Source of the DNA: Mobula hypostoma
Lineage: Eukaryota
Direction: 5' to 3'
DNA length: 64,000 nucleotides
Assembly: GCF_963921235.1 (NCBI RefSeq)
Contig: NC_086097.1
Location: 183,770,001 to 183,834,000 of the forward strand
The translations under genes and the position numbers were made by a program. Shown in pieces: positions 13,560 to 25,089 of the stretch. How positions within the stretch are numbered: position 1 is the first letter of the stretch; every line of letters begins with the position of its first letter. A model generated the notes under the pieces. That model made no database searches. It had not been told where the DNA came from and worked only from the letters and a program-made list of their open reading frames with translations.

Positions 13560-13675
13560 GAGGCCAACATACACCTTGTATTCTGCATGTATCTGCAAAG
13601 AACTGCCCCCCACCAAGTTTACCTCAGAACAACAAATCCGCTTTATAGTTGCTAAAGAAATGCCTAATATACCAG
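13560..13675 (+). CDS. Candidate internal host exon, gene unidentified
   Basis: Acceptor ctctgttcctttAG|G and donor CAG|GTctgt; 116 nt with one open frame (RPTYTLYSACICKELPPTKFTSEQQIRFIVAKEMPNIP) inside a repeat-poor block. Confidence 0.3.
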
Positions 13676-14892
13676 GTCTGTTTTACCCCAATAAAGCAAG
13701 CTCTTTCCTTCTTCTGACAGTGTCACTGCTCTACTCCAAATGCTCTCGCTACTGATGTAAAGTTACATCAGTGCTACCACATCAGCACATAAATGGCATG
13801 GTGATTAAGCTTCCTTTTCTCATTTGCCAATCAGTTGTAGACATCCTAAATTGTAAATCTTGGCTAAATTAACTCTTGCACTGGTTTAGTGGCCCTTTGC
13901 TATCTCAGGTGCAGGCTGTATTGAGGAAATATAATCTTTGTTACTGATAATAGAATTGCCCATTATGAATTTAAGGCCGTGAATTGCAATTGGTGGGAAA
14001 CAATAGAACACTTGCCTTTTTATTCTGAAAAGCAAATGTGGGTCTGGTGATCAGTTCCAAAATCTGCGATTATATATCCACTAGGCGGAGCTCTATGATG
14101 GTCCAAGCATTCATGGACCTAAAATGCTGAAGTGGACAGTCCATTGCTGAGAGACAATGCAGATGATAATTGATTTTACAATAACCAGAAGTGTTACATT
14201 TTTTAATTAAATAAAGGGAAGCTTCTGCTTTTTTTATGTTCAGCAGGATCAATTTGGATCTTCAAAACTCACATGGTCAAATTGTTTCCTTAAAAATTAA
14301 TGCTGGACAATATTAATGAGAAGATGATCATTGGTTAATTTAGGAATAATTAAGTTAAAGTTTATTTTTGTCACTTAAGATTCTGGGATGTTAGCCCAGT
14401 TCTCTGGCTGTATTACTCCACTGAATCCCTGAGAAATGTAAATTCTAATATCCTGTTAGGTCATTTGAAGTTTTGTAGAACTTGTCCAACTGAACAACAT
14501 TTGTTACACAGTGGTAAATACCCTTTTTTAAATCAACTTTAGCATTGTCAGCTTCTGTCTAAATAAAAACTTAAATTCCGTATACTCTATACAATTGTGC
14601 ATTTTCAATCAAACAAAATATATGATTATTTATCTTTTATAGTATCACAATGTATTTTATACATAAAAATGTGAAAAAGAGCAGGAATACTGTTTTAGTG
14701 TATTTGAGCCTGCTCTACCATTCATCAAGATCAAGGTGATCTTGTTCCACAGCACCAATTTCCAGGATTATCCTCACAGCAGAAATCTATTGATCTGTTT
14801 TGAATGAACACATTGACTGATTTCCACCACCACCCTTCACAGAGAATTCCAAAGACTCACTACACTCTGTGTGAAGAAAGTTTCTTTGTTTT

Positions 14893-17800
14893 GAAACATA
14901 GAAACATAGAAACATAGAAAATAGGTGCAGGAGTAGGCCATTCGGCCCTTCGAACCTGCACCGCCATTTATTATGATCATGGCTGATCATCCAACTCAGA
15001 ACCCCGCCCCAGCCTTCCCTCCATACCCACTGACCCCCGTAGCCACAAGGGCCATATCTAACTCCCTCTTAAATATAGCCAATGAACTGGCCTCAACTGT
15101 TTCCTGTGGCAGAGAATTCCACAGATTCACCACTCTCTGTGTGAAGAAGTTTTTCCTAATCTCGGTCCTAAAAGGCTTCCCCTTTATCCTCAAACTGTGG
15201 CCCCTCGTTCTGGACTTCCCCAACATCGGGAACAATCTTCCTGCATCTAGCCTGTTCAATCCCTTTAGGATTTTATACATTTCAATCAGATCCCCCCTCA
15301 ATCTTCTAAATTCCAATGAGTACAAGCCCAGTTCATCCAGTCTTTCTTCATATGAAAGTCCTGCCATCCCAGGAATCAATCTGGTGAACCTTCTTTGTAC
15401 TCCCTCTATGGCAAGGATGTCTTTCCTCAGATTAGGGGACCAAAACTGCACACAATACTCCAGGTGTGGTCTCACCAAGGCCTTGTACAACTGCAGTAGT
15501 ACCTCCCTGCTCCTGTACTCGCATCCTCTTGCTATAAATGCCAGCATACCGTTCACCTTTTTCACCGCCTGCTGTACCTGCATGCTCACTTTCAATGACT
15601 GGTGTATAATGACATCCAGGTCTTGTTGCACCTCCCCTTTTCCTAATCGGCCACCATTCAGATAATAATCTGTTTCCTGTTCTTGCCACCAAAGTGGATA
15701 ACCTCACATTTATCCACATTAAGTTGCATCTGCCATGAATTTGCCCACTCACCCAACCTATCCAAGTCACCCTGCATCCTCTTAGCATCCTCCTCACAGC
15801 TAACACTGCCACCCAACTTCGTGTCATCCGCAAACTTGGAGATGCTGCATTTAATTCCCTCATCCAAGTCATTAATATATATTTTAAACAACTGGGGTCC
15901 CAGCACTGAGCCTTGCGGTACCCCACTAGTCACCGCCTGCCATTCTGAAAAGGTCCCGTTTATTCCCACTCTTTGCTTCCTGTCTGCTAACCAATTCTCC
16001 ACCCACACCAATACCTTACCCCCAATACCGTGTGCTTTAAGTTTGCACACTAATATCCTGTGTGGGACCTTATCAAAAGCCTTTTGAAAATCCAAATATA
16101 CCACATCCACTGGTTCTCCCCTATCCGCTCTACTAGTTACATCCTCAAAAATTCTATGAGATTCGTCAGACATGATTTGCCTTTCACAAATCCATGCTGA
16201 CTTTATCCGATGATTTCACCGCTTTCCAAATGTGCTGTTATCACATCCTTGATAACTGACTCCAGCAGTTTCCCCACCACCGACGTTAGGCTAACCGGTC
16301 TATAATTCCCCGGTTTCTCTCTCCCTCCTTTTTTAAAAAGTGGAGTTACATTAGCCACCCTCCAATCCTCAGGAACTAGTCCAGAATCTAACGAGTTTTG
16401 AAAAATTATCACTAATGCATCCACTATTTCTTGGGCTACTTCCTTAAGCACTCTAGGATGCAGACCATCTGGCCCGGGGGATTTATCTGCCTTCAATCCC
16501 TTCAATTTACCTAACACCACTTCCCTACTAACATGTATTTCGCTCAGTTCCTCCATCTCACTGGACCCTCTGTCCCCGACTATTTCTGGAAGATTTTTTA
16601 TGTCCTCCTTAGTGAAGACAGAACCAAAGTAATTATTCAATTGGTCTGCCATGTCCTTGCTCCCCATAATCAATTCACCTGTTTCTGTCTGCAGGGGACC
16701 TACATTTGTCTTTACCAGTGTTTTCCATTTTACATATCTATAAAAGCTTTTACAGTCCGTTTTTATGTTCCCTGCCAGTTTTCTCTCATAATCTTTTTTC
16801 CCCTTCCTAATTAAGCCCTTTGTCCTCCTCTGCTGAACTCTGAATTTCTCCCAGTCCTCAAGTGAGCCACTTTCTCTGGCTAATTTGTATGCTTCTTCTT
16901 TGGAATTGATACTATCCCTAATTTCTCTTGTCAGCCACGGGTGCACTACCTTCCTTGATTTATTCTTTTGCCAAACTGGGATGAACAATTGTTGTAGTTC
17001 ATCCATGCAACCTTTAAATGCTTGCCATTGCATATCCACCGTCAATCCTTTAAGTGTCATTTGCCAGTCTATCTTAGCTAATTCATGTCTCATACCTTCA
17101 AAGTTACCCCTCTTTAAGTTCAGAACCTTTGTTTCTGAATTAACTATGTCACTCTCCATCTTAATGAAGAATTCCACCATATTATGGTCACTCTTACCCA
17201 AGGGGCCTCTCACGACAAGATTGCTAATTAACCCTTCCTCATTGCTCAAAACCCAGTCCAGAATAGCCTACTCTCTGGTTGGTTCCTCGACATGTTGGTT
17301 CAAAAAACCATCCCGCATACATTCCAAGAAATCCTCTTCCTCAGCACCTTTACCAATTTGGTTCACCCAATCTACATGTAGATTGAAGTCACCCATTATA
17401 ACTGCTGTTCCTTTATTGCACACATTTCTAATTTCCTGTTTAATACCATCTCCGACCTCACTACTACTGGTAGGTGGCCTGTACACAACTCCCACCAGCG
17501 TCTTCTGCTCCTTAGTGTTACGCAGCTCTACCCATATCAATTCCACATCTTCCTGGCTTATGTCCTTCCTTTCTATTGCGTTAATCTCTCCTTTAACCAG
17601 CAACGCCACCCCACCTCCCCTTCCTTCATGTCTATCCCTCCTGAATATTGAATATCCCTGAACGTTGAGCTCCCATCCCTGGTCACCTTGGAGCCATGTC
17701 TCTATGATCCCAACTATATCATAATCATTAATAACAATCTGCACTTTCAATTCATCCACCTTATTACGAATGCTCCTTGCATTGACACACAAAGCCTTCA

Positions 17801-18101
17801 GGCGCTCTTTTACAACTCTCTTAGCCCTTATACAATTATGTTGAAAAGTGGCCCTTTTTGATGCTTGCCCTGGATTTGTCGGCCTGCCACTTTTACTTTT
17901 CTCCTTAGTACTTTTTGCTTCTACCCTCACTTTACACCCCTCTGTCTCTCTGCACTGGTTCCCATCCCCCTGTTGTGAACTAACCTCCTCACGCCTGGCC
18001 TCTTTAATTTGATTCCCACCCCCCAACCATTCTAGTTTAAAGTCACCTCAGTAGCCCCTGCTAATCTCCCTGCCAGGATATTGGCCCCCCTAGGATTCAA
18101 G
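14893..18101 (-). mobile_element. Young CR1 LINE: complete but disrupted ORF2 (APE endonuclease + RT) and ORF1 3' end
   Basis: EN 17268..18026 (NARSIRNK, ETW, GVVYRPP, MGDFN); 16203..17249; RT 15658..16173 (LDFQKAFDKV, GVPQGSVLGP, FADD); C-terminus 14996..15631; (GAAACATA)n tail. Single stops at 17268 and 16203, frameshifts near 16150 and 15670. Confidence 0.97.
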
Positions 18102-18129
18102 TGAAACACATGATCATAACATTCCATGG

Positions 18130-19030
18130 ACATGCAAATTTGTAGATGACACCAAGACTGAGTGTGTGGAGGACAGTGAGGAAAGCTATCTGTCCTGTTT
18201 CCAACTGATGCTGATCACTCTACAAGCCAACAAGCCATCACTTGTTGGCTTGTAGAGTGATCAGCATCAGCTGGAAACAGGACAGATGGAATTTAATGCA
18301 GACAAGTGGGAACAACCAGGGTAGGCCTTACACAGTGGATGGCAGGGCATTGAGGAGTGTGGTAGAACAAAGGGATCTGGGAATACAGGTCCATAATTTG
18401 TTGAAAGTGGCGTCACAGGTAGATAGATTTGCAATGAAAGCGTTTGGCACATGGGCTTCATAAATCAATGAATTGAATACAAAGGATGGGATGTTATATT
18501 GAAGGTTTGGTCACCTACCTATGTAAAGATGAAAGAGTGAAAGAGTGCAAAGAAAATTTATAAGGATGTTGCTGGGTCTGAAGGACCTGAGTTATAAGGA
18601 AAAATTAAATAGGTTTATACTGTATTCCTTCGAACGTAGAAAACTGAGAGGCGATTTGATAGAGGTATACAAAATTATGAGGAGTATAGATAGGGTTAAT
18701 GCAAGCAAGCTTTTTCCTCTGAGGTTGGGTGGGACTACAATAAAAGGTCACGGGTAAAGTGTGGTAGGTGAAAAGTTTAAGAGGAACATGAGGGGAAGTT
18801 TCTTCATTCAGAGGGTCATGAGAGTGTGGAATGAGCTGTCAACACAAATGGGGCATGGGGGCTCGATTTCACCTTTTAAGATAAGTTTGGATAGGTACAT
18901 GGATGGGAGAGCTATGGAGGCTATGGTTCTGGTGCAGGTTGAAGGAAGTAGGCAGCTTAAATGGTTTTGGCATTGACTAGATGGGCTGAAGAGCCTGTTT
19001 CTGTGCTGTACTTCTCCATGACTCTATGAC
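18130..19030 (+). mobile_element. Older CR1 3' fragment containing a fold-back hairpin
   Basis: KFVDDTK, EQRDLGIQVH, ERRKLRGDLIEVYKIM motifs; CTATGA-type tail at ~19020. Confidence 0.85.
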
Positions 19031-20337
19031 GTTCTCAAATACTTGCAGCTGAGCATCAAAATTTTCTCATGATATTAAATTGAGGTAGAAAATTGCATCA
19101 AAATAACAATAACTATTTAATTCTAGATTTCACCATAATGTGGTGTGCAGAAGCACATGACTAAAACCCATCATGTCCCAATAAGGCCATTTTCCTATTT
19201 TCCACATTTAAGTCTCACTCATACTGCTTCTTACACCACTGCTAAAGAATGATTATTTGGTGATTCGAGAACAGTGTTCAAGGAGAAGTACTGAAGGAGG
19301 TCTGTATCAAGTAAGGGGGGCTTAATGTATAATATCAACAATATTGATTGATATAGATTCAAGGAGACAGTATAGGAAATGTTATGAGTTGGGTGAAAAG
19401 CCTTGGTAAATGGGAAAAATAGACGTGGATTTGTTAAATTGCTATTTAGATGAAGCTATCTAAGATTCCTGGCCAAGTTGGATGTTGGTCTGGTGGTGCC
19501 AGATTAGAAATTAGGCCAAAAGGGACTTTAAAATTTGAGATAAACATTTAAAATCTTGTGCTGTTTTCTATTTTCCCAAGTATCTGTTCAAAACATTCAA
19601 TGATGTTTCATTAAAAAAATTCAAACAATTACAATTTTGGGTCAGTCTTTAGGATTTCACTTCCTGTATATAAGTATAAATAATACTGTAATAATCTGAA
19701 GGCTTTGCAAATATGCTAGATTTTGAAAAAGATTATGATTATTCTGTTATGATTTAGCACAGATACTGCTGCAGTTCCTATCATGTTTTAATTATAGGAC
19801 ACGTCCTGGGTGTGCACTTGAACATTACTGATCTCTAATTAGGACTTTGAATCTGATGTTTGGATATGAGTAACATTTAAACACTGTCCCAAATCTGGTA
19901 CAATTATTGGAACCATATCAATAAATTGGCATCCCTCAGAAAATGAAAATATATTGATTAAAAACTGATTACATATTACTTGTTGTTTCTAAACATTTTT
20001 GGTGTAATGGTTAACATAAATTTTTACGTTATGAATTGCAGATTATCAATATAAATTTATTCTTCACACCTGATGCTTACTTGCAATGTCAGCAGCTGGT
20101 TCCCCACCGGCAAATACTCAGAACGATGTCATGTGACTGAGCTGCAGTGCTATTACACTCTGCAACCCATATTGCAATATTAGGACTGCTTATTCCGATG
20201 ATTTATTTACCTGAATATCTTCTGTGTCACATATTCAAAGTAATGACAAGTGAAATGGGACTATATCCAGAAAGGCGGGCTCGATGTATATTTTCAACAA
20301 TATCGATTGATATTTGATTCTTGGCCACTTAACAAAT

Positions 20338-20803
20338 AGTCATAATCATAGTCATACTTTATTGATCCGGGGGGAAATTGGTTTTCATTACAGTTGCACC
20401 ATAAATAATTAAATAGTAATAAAACCATAAATAATTTAATAGTAATATGTAAATTATGCCACGAAATAAGTCCAGGACCAGCCTATTGGCTCAGGGTGTC
20501 TGACCCTCCAGGGGAGGAGTTGTAAAGTTTGATGGCCACAGGCAGGAATGACTTCCTATGACGCTCTGTGTTGCATCTCGGTGGAATGAGTCTCTGGCTG
20601 AATGTACTCCTGTGCCCACCCAGTACATTATGTAGTGGATGGGAGACATTGACCAAGATGGCATGCAACTTAGACAGAATCCTCTTTTCAGACACCACCG
20701 TTAGAGAGTCCAGTTCCATCCCCACAACATCACTGGCCTTACGAATGAGTTTGTTGATTCTGTTGGTGTCTGCCATCCTCAGCCTGCTGCCCCAGCACAC
20801 AAA
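20338..20803 (-). mobile_element. Rex1/Babar LINE, 5'-truncated
   Basis: ORF 20483..20899 C-terminal part (NRINKLIRKASDVVG...RKSFLPVAIKLYNSS) nearly identical to the copy at 56028-57256; (TAGTCA)n tail. Confidence 0.9.
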
Positions 20804-21037
20804 TGAATAACAAACATTAGACAGTGAATGATAGATAAGTAATAAATGCTGGAGAGAGTCAAGTTGTGATGTTGGAAAATGATTATCTTCCACAGACACT
20901 GGCTGGCTGGGTATTTTTCACATTTTGTGTTATTATTTCATACTTTCCAAAATCTGCAGTTTTTTTTCCCTTTTTGATCAACATGTTAATCTCCTGCACA
21001 GACACTCAGTCAGAACCTGAATAACCTACTCAATATA

Positions 21038-21352
21038 GTAAAGGCATCCTTTAGTCTTGCAAGACCATGGATCTGTGCCTGGAAAGTCTTCACTCCTCAG
21101 GGCGCAGGCCTGGGTAAGGTTGTATGGAAGACCAGCAGTTGCCCATGCTGCAAGTTTCCCCTCTCCACGACACCGATGTTGTCCAAGGGAAGGGCAAGGG
21201 CCGATACAGCTTGGCACTAGTGTCGTCGCAGAGCACTGTGTGGTTAAATTCCTTGCTCAAGGACACCACACGCTGCCTCGGCTGGGGCTTGAACTCATGA
21301 CCTTCAGCTCGCTAGTCCAATGCCTTAACCACTTGGCCACGTGCCCACACAT
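21038..21352 (-). mobile_element. tRNA-derived SINE with RTE-type 3' tail
   Basis: Pol III A box TGGCCAAGTGG (21329-21339) and B box GAGTTCAAGCC (21286-21296) on the minus strand; 13-bp TSD CCTACTCAATATA (21025-21037, 21353-21365); tail matches the RTE end at ~49600-49652. Confidence 0.9.
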
Positions 21353-22451
21353 CCTACTCAATATACAGTGCCTATAAAGAGTATTTCCCCACCATCCCCA
21401 CCCCCCAGAAGTTTGCATGTTTTATCGTTTTACAACACTGAATCACAGTAGATTTAATATAGTTCTTTTTGACACTGATCAACAGAAAAAGACTTTCGTG
21501 TCAAAGTGAAAACAAATCTCTACGAAGTGATCTAAATTAATTACAAATATAAAACACAAAATAATTGATTGCAGAAGTATTCACTCCCTTCAAGTTAGCA
21601 ATTAGAGATGCACTAAAAGTCAATTACAGCCTTGAGTTGCTATCAGCCTTGCTCTTCTGGACACTGCAATGTACCCTATTCTTCTTTACAAAGTTGCTCA
21701 AGCTCTGTCAGATTGCATAGGGTTCGTGAGTGAACAGCCCTTTTCAAGTCCAGTCACAAATTCTCAATTGGATTGAGTCTGGACTCTGACTTGGCTACTC
21801 CAGGACATTAACTTTGTTGATTTTAAGCCATTTGTATGCAGCTTTGGCTTTATGCTTGGGGTCATTGTTTTGCTGGAAAACAAATCTTCTCCCAAGTCAC
21901 AGTTCTCTTGCAGACTGCATTAGGTTTTCCTCCAAGATTTCCCTGTATTTTGCTGAATTCATTTTACCCTCCATCTTCATAAGCCTTCCAGGGCCTGCTG
22001 CAGTGAAGCATTTCCACCACCATGTTTCACGGTAGGGATGGTGGGTTTTGATGATGTGCAATGTTTGACTTAAACCAAATGTAGCATTTAGTCTGATGGC
22101 CAAAAAGCTCAATTTTGGTTTCATCAGACCATAGAACCCTCTTCCAGCTGACTTCAGAGTCTCCCACATGCCTTCTGGTAAACTCTAGCTGAGATTTCAT
22201 GTGATGTTTTTACAAGTGGTTTTCTCTTTGTCAATTTCCCATAAAGTTGTGATTGATGAAGCACCAGGGCAACAGTTGTTGTATGTACAATCTCTCCCGA
22301 CTCAGCCAGTGAAGCTTGTAACTCCTCCAGAGTTGTCACAGGTCTCTCGGTGGCCTCATTCACCAGTGGCCTTCTCGTACAGTCACTCAGTTTTTGAGGA
22401 CGGCCTGCTCTAGGCAGATTTACAGCTGCGCCATACTCTTTCCATTTCTTT

Positions 22452-22957
22452 GTATAGTCATAGGGGATTCCATAGTCATGGGAACAGACAGGAGATTCTG
22501 TGAGCCTGACAGAGATACCCGCATGGTGTGTTGCCTCCCAGGTGCCAGGGTACGGGATGTCTCAGATCGGGTCCAGAGTATTCTGAAGGGAGAGAGTGAG
22601 CAGCCAGCTGTCTTGGTACATGTTGGTACCAATGACATAGATAGGACAAAGGAGGAGGTCCTGAAGACAGAATTCCGGGAGTTAGGAAGGAAGCTGAGAA
22701 GCAGGACCTCCAGGGTAATAATCTCGGGATTGCTACCTGTGCCCTGTGCTAGCGAGGGCAAGAATAGTAGGATCAAGCAGATGAATGTGTGGCTGACAGA
22801 CTGGTGCAGGGGGCAGGGCTTCAGATTCTTGGATCATTGGGATCTCTTCTGGGGGAAGTATGACCTGTTCAAAAAGGACAGGTTACACTTGATCCTGAAG
22901 GGGACCAATATCCTGGCGGGAAGGTTTAATAGAGCTGTTAGGGAGGGTTTAAACTAA
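22452..22957 (+). CDS. CR1 ORF1 SGNH/GDSL esterase domain (5'-truncated)
   Basis: Blocks VIGDS, LPGA, VHVGTND and KDRLHL are the known CR1 ORF1 esterase motifs. Confidence 0.85.
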
Positions 22958-23461
22958 TTTGGCAGGGGGATGGGAACCGGAATGATATAGCGGGGTGGGG
23001 GGGGGATCAGAAATAAATCTAAGATAGTGAGCAGTAAAGATGTCAGGAAGGACAGGCAGGTGATGGGGCAAATTTGCAGCCATTGGGATGAGTTGCAGTG
23101 CAATAAAGTTGCAGTGCAATCAAAGCAAAAAGTACTAAATACTGGTCTTAAGGTGTTATACTTAAATGCACGCAGCATAAGGAATAAGGTGGATGATATT
23201 GTCGTACAGCTACAGATTGGCAGGTATGATATTGTGGCCATCACTGAAACGTGGCTAAAGGATGCATGTCTCTGGGAGCTGAACATCCAAGGTTACATGG
23301 TGTATCGGAAGGATAGGCAGGTAGGCAGAGGGGGAGGCGTGGCTTTATTGGTAAGAAATGATTTAAATCATTAGAAAGAGGTGACATAGTATTGGAAGGT
23401 GACGAATCTTTATGGGTTGAGCTAAGAAATCGCAGGGGTAAAAGGACCCTGATGGCAATTA

Positions 23462-25089
23462 CAAGTTTCTCCCACCATCCAAAGGTAGAGCATTCCTATG
23501 AAATGGTTCATAAGCCAGAATGTCGTAAAGTGAAGAAGCAATTACCATTTACTTATATGGGAAAAATTTGTGAGCATTCGCAGACCCCAAAAAAATCTAC
23601 AAAATCATGCCAAATAACATATAAACACCTAAAATAACAGTAACATATAGTAAAAGCAGGAATGATATGATAAATACACAGCCTATATAAAGTAGAAATA
23701 CTTTCCTACAATCATTGCCGCGCTGTCCACCGTGGCGAAAATTTCACGCAAGTGCTCTCGGCAGAAACACAGCGCAAGCGCTCTTGGCAGAACACTCTCT
23801 CCAGTAACCTTTAAGCTCTGAAGCTGCCAAATCCTACCAAATAACACATAAAAATACACAGCCTATATAAAGTAGAAATAATGTATGTACAGTGTAGTAT
23901 CACTTACCGGAATCGGGAAGACAGCGCTGAGCACACTGATAATGGTGTGTTAGGCTGAGTTGTCAGAGGTTGGGGTGGAGCAGTGGTCCCTAAGCTCTGG
24001 GCAGCCAACCGATACCGATCCACGAAGCATGCAGGGGTACAGTGGTAACCGGGACGCACCCAGCACATCTTTAAGAAAAAAGCCGAAATAAACAAGCTAA
24101 TTAGTTAGGTGCCGCCCGGCACGTAAATGTCGGCCCAGATCAGAGGTGACGCAATCGGCATTATTTATTAATTAATTAGCTTGTTTATTTCGGCTTTTTT
24201 CTTAAAGATGTGCCAGGTGCGTCCCGGCTACCACTGTACCCCTGCATTCTTCGCGGCAATGTATCAGAGGTTGGGGACCACTGGGGTGACATCTCATCAT
24301 CGTCTGTTTCCATCAGGACAGGCAGGTCATCTTCTTCTATGGCTGCCTGCCTCGATGTCGAAGGTCGAGGTTCGGTGTCTATTGTGGCTGATGTGGAAGG
24401 CTTGAAGAACAACAGTATGCTTGACTGCTTAGCCTTGCGCATTTTTTTATCATACAGTTCTTTGTAAGCAATCAAACCATCCAGCAAATATGCCCTAAAC
24501 CTACGTACCCTTTCAAAATTAAAGTCGTACTTTTCTGCAATCATTGCGGCGAAAATCTCACGCATTTGGTTCACATTCAGTTCCTGGCGACTTCACTTTC
24601 GGTCCGTTCACTACTGCATTTGGTTTCAATTGTTATTCTTTCCTCTTCTAATTGCATCAGCTCTTCATCTATCAGTTCTTGGTCATGGGATGCCAAAACC
24701 TCTTCAACATCATCCTCGTCAACTTCCACAAGCCAAACTCACTTTGTCCTTACTTCGTTCACCATGATCCAAATGCTTAGTTATGTCTAATTTTACGCTA
24801 AGTGTAACACCCTTACGAGTTTTTTTAGGCTTTTCCGATACCTTAGAACTCATCTTGCTAACTGATGCTCAAAATAAATCGACATAAAGCACAGATGCTC
24901 ACAGGCACGTGTTTAAACAATGCCGGCTAGAATGCAGTTCCGGGGGAGGAGCTTGGCAGCTCGGGGCGTGTGCTGCCTTTTTTCATAACAGTGAAAGCAC
25001 CTTCTGTTTGCAAAGACAGGTAACTAAGGTAGGTAATTCGTAACGGCGAGGTTCTGTAAAGCGAACGTTTGAAAAGCGGGAGACGCCTG
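23462..25089 (-). mobile_element. Internally deleted Tigger/pogo DNA transposon nested in the CR1 endonuclease
   Basis: TA-flanked; ends CAAGTTTCTCCC... and ...GGGAGACGCCTG are imperfect TIRs; minus strand encodes VEVDEDDVEEVLASHDQELIDEELMQLEEE and AYKELYDKKMRKAKQSSILLFFKP (Tigger C-terminus). Confidence 0.85.

Noticed and set aside
14973..17661. Long + strand ORFs (230, 134 and 258 aa) and similar ones opposite other LINEs
   Set aside because: Antisense shadows of CR1/Rex ORF2
20040..20260. Possible exon in unique sequence
   Set aside because: Frames tested between plausible splice sites on both strands contain stops
21286..21346. tRNA gene
   Set aside because: A/B boxes form the head of a TSD-flanked SINE; no complete cloverleaf evident
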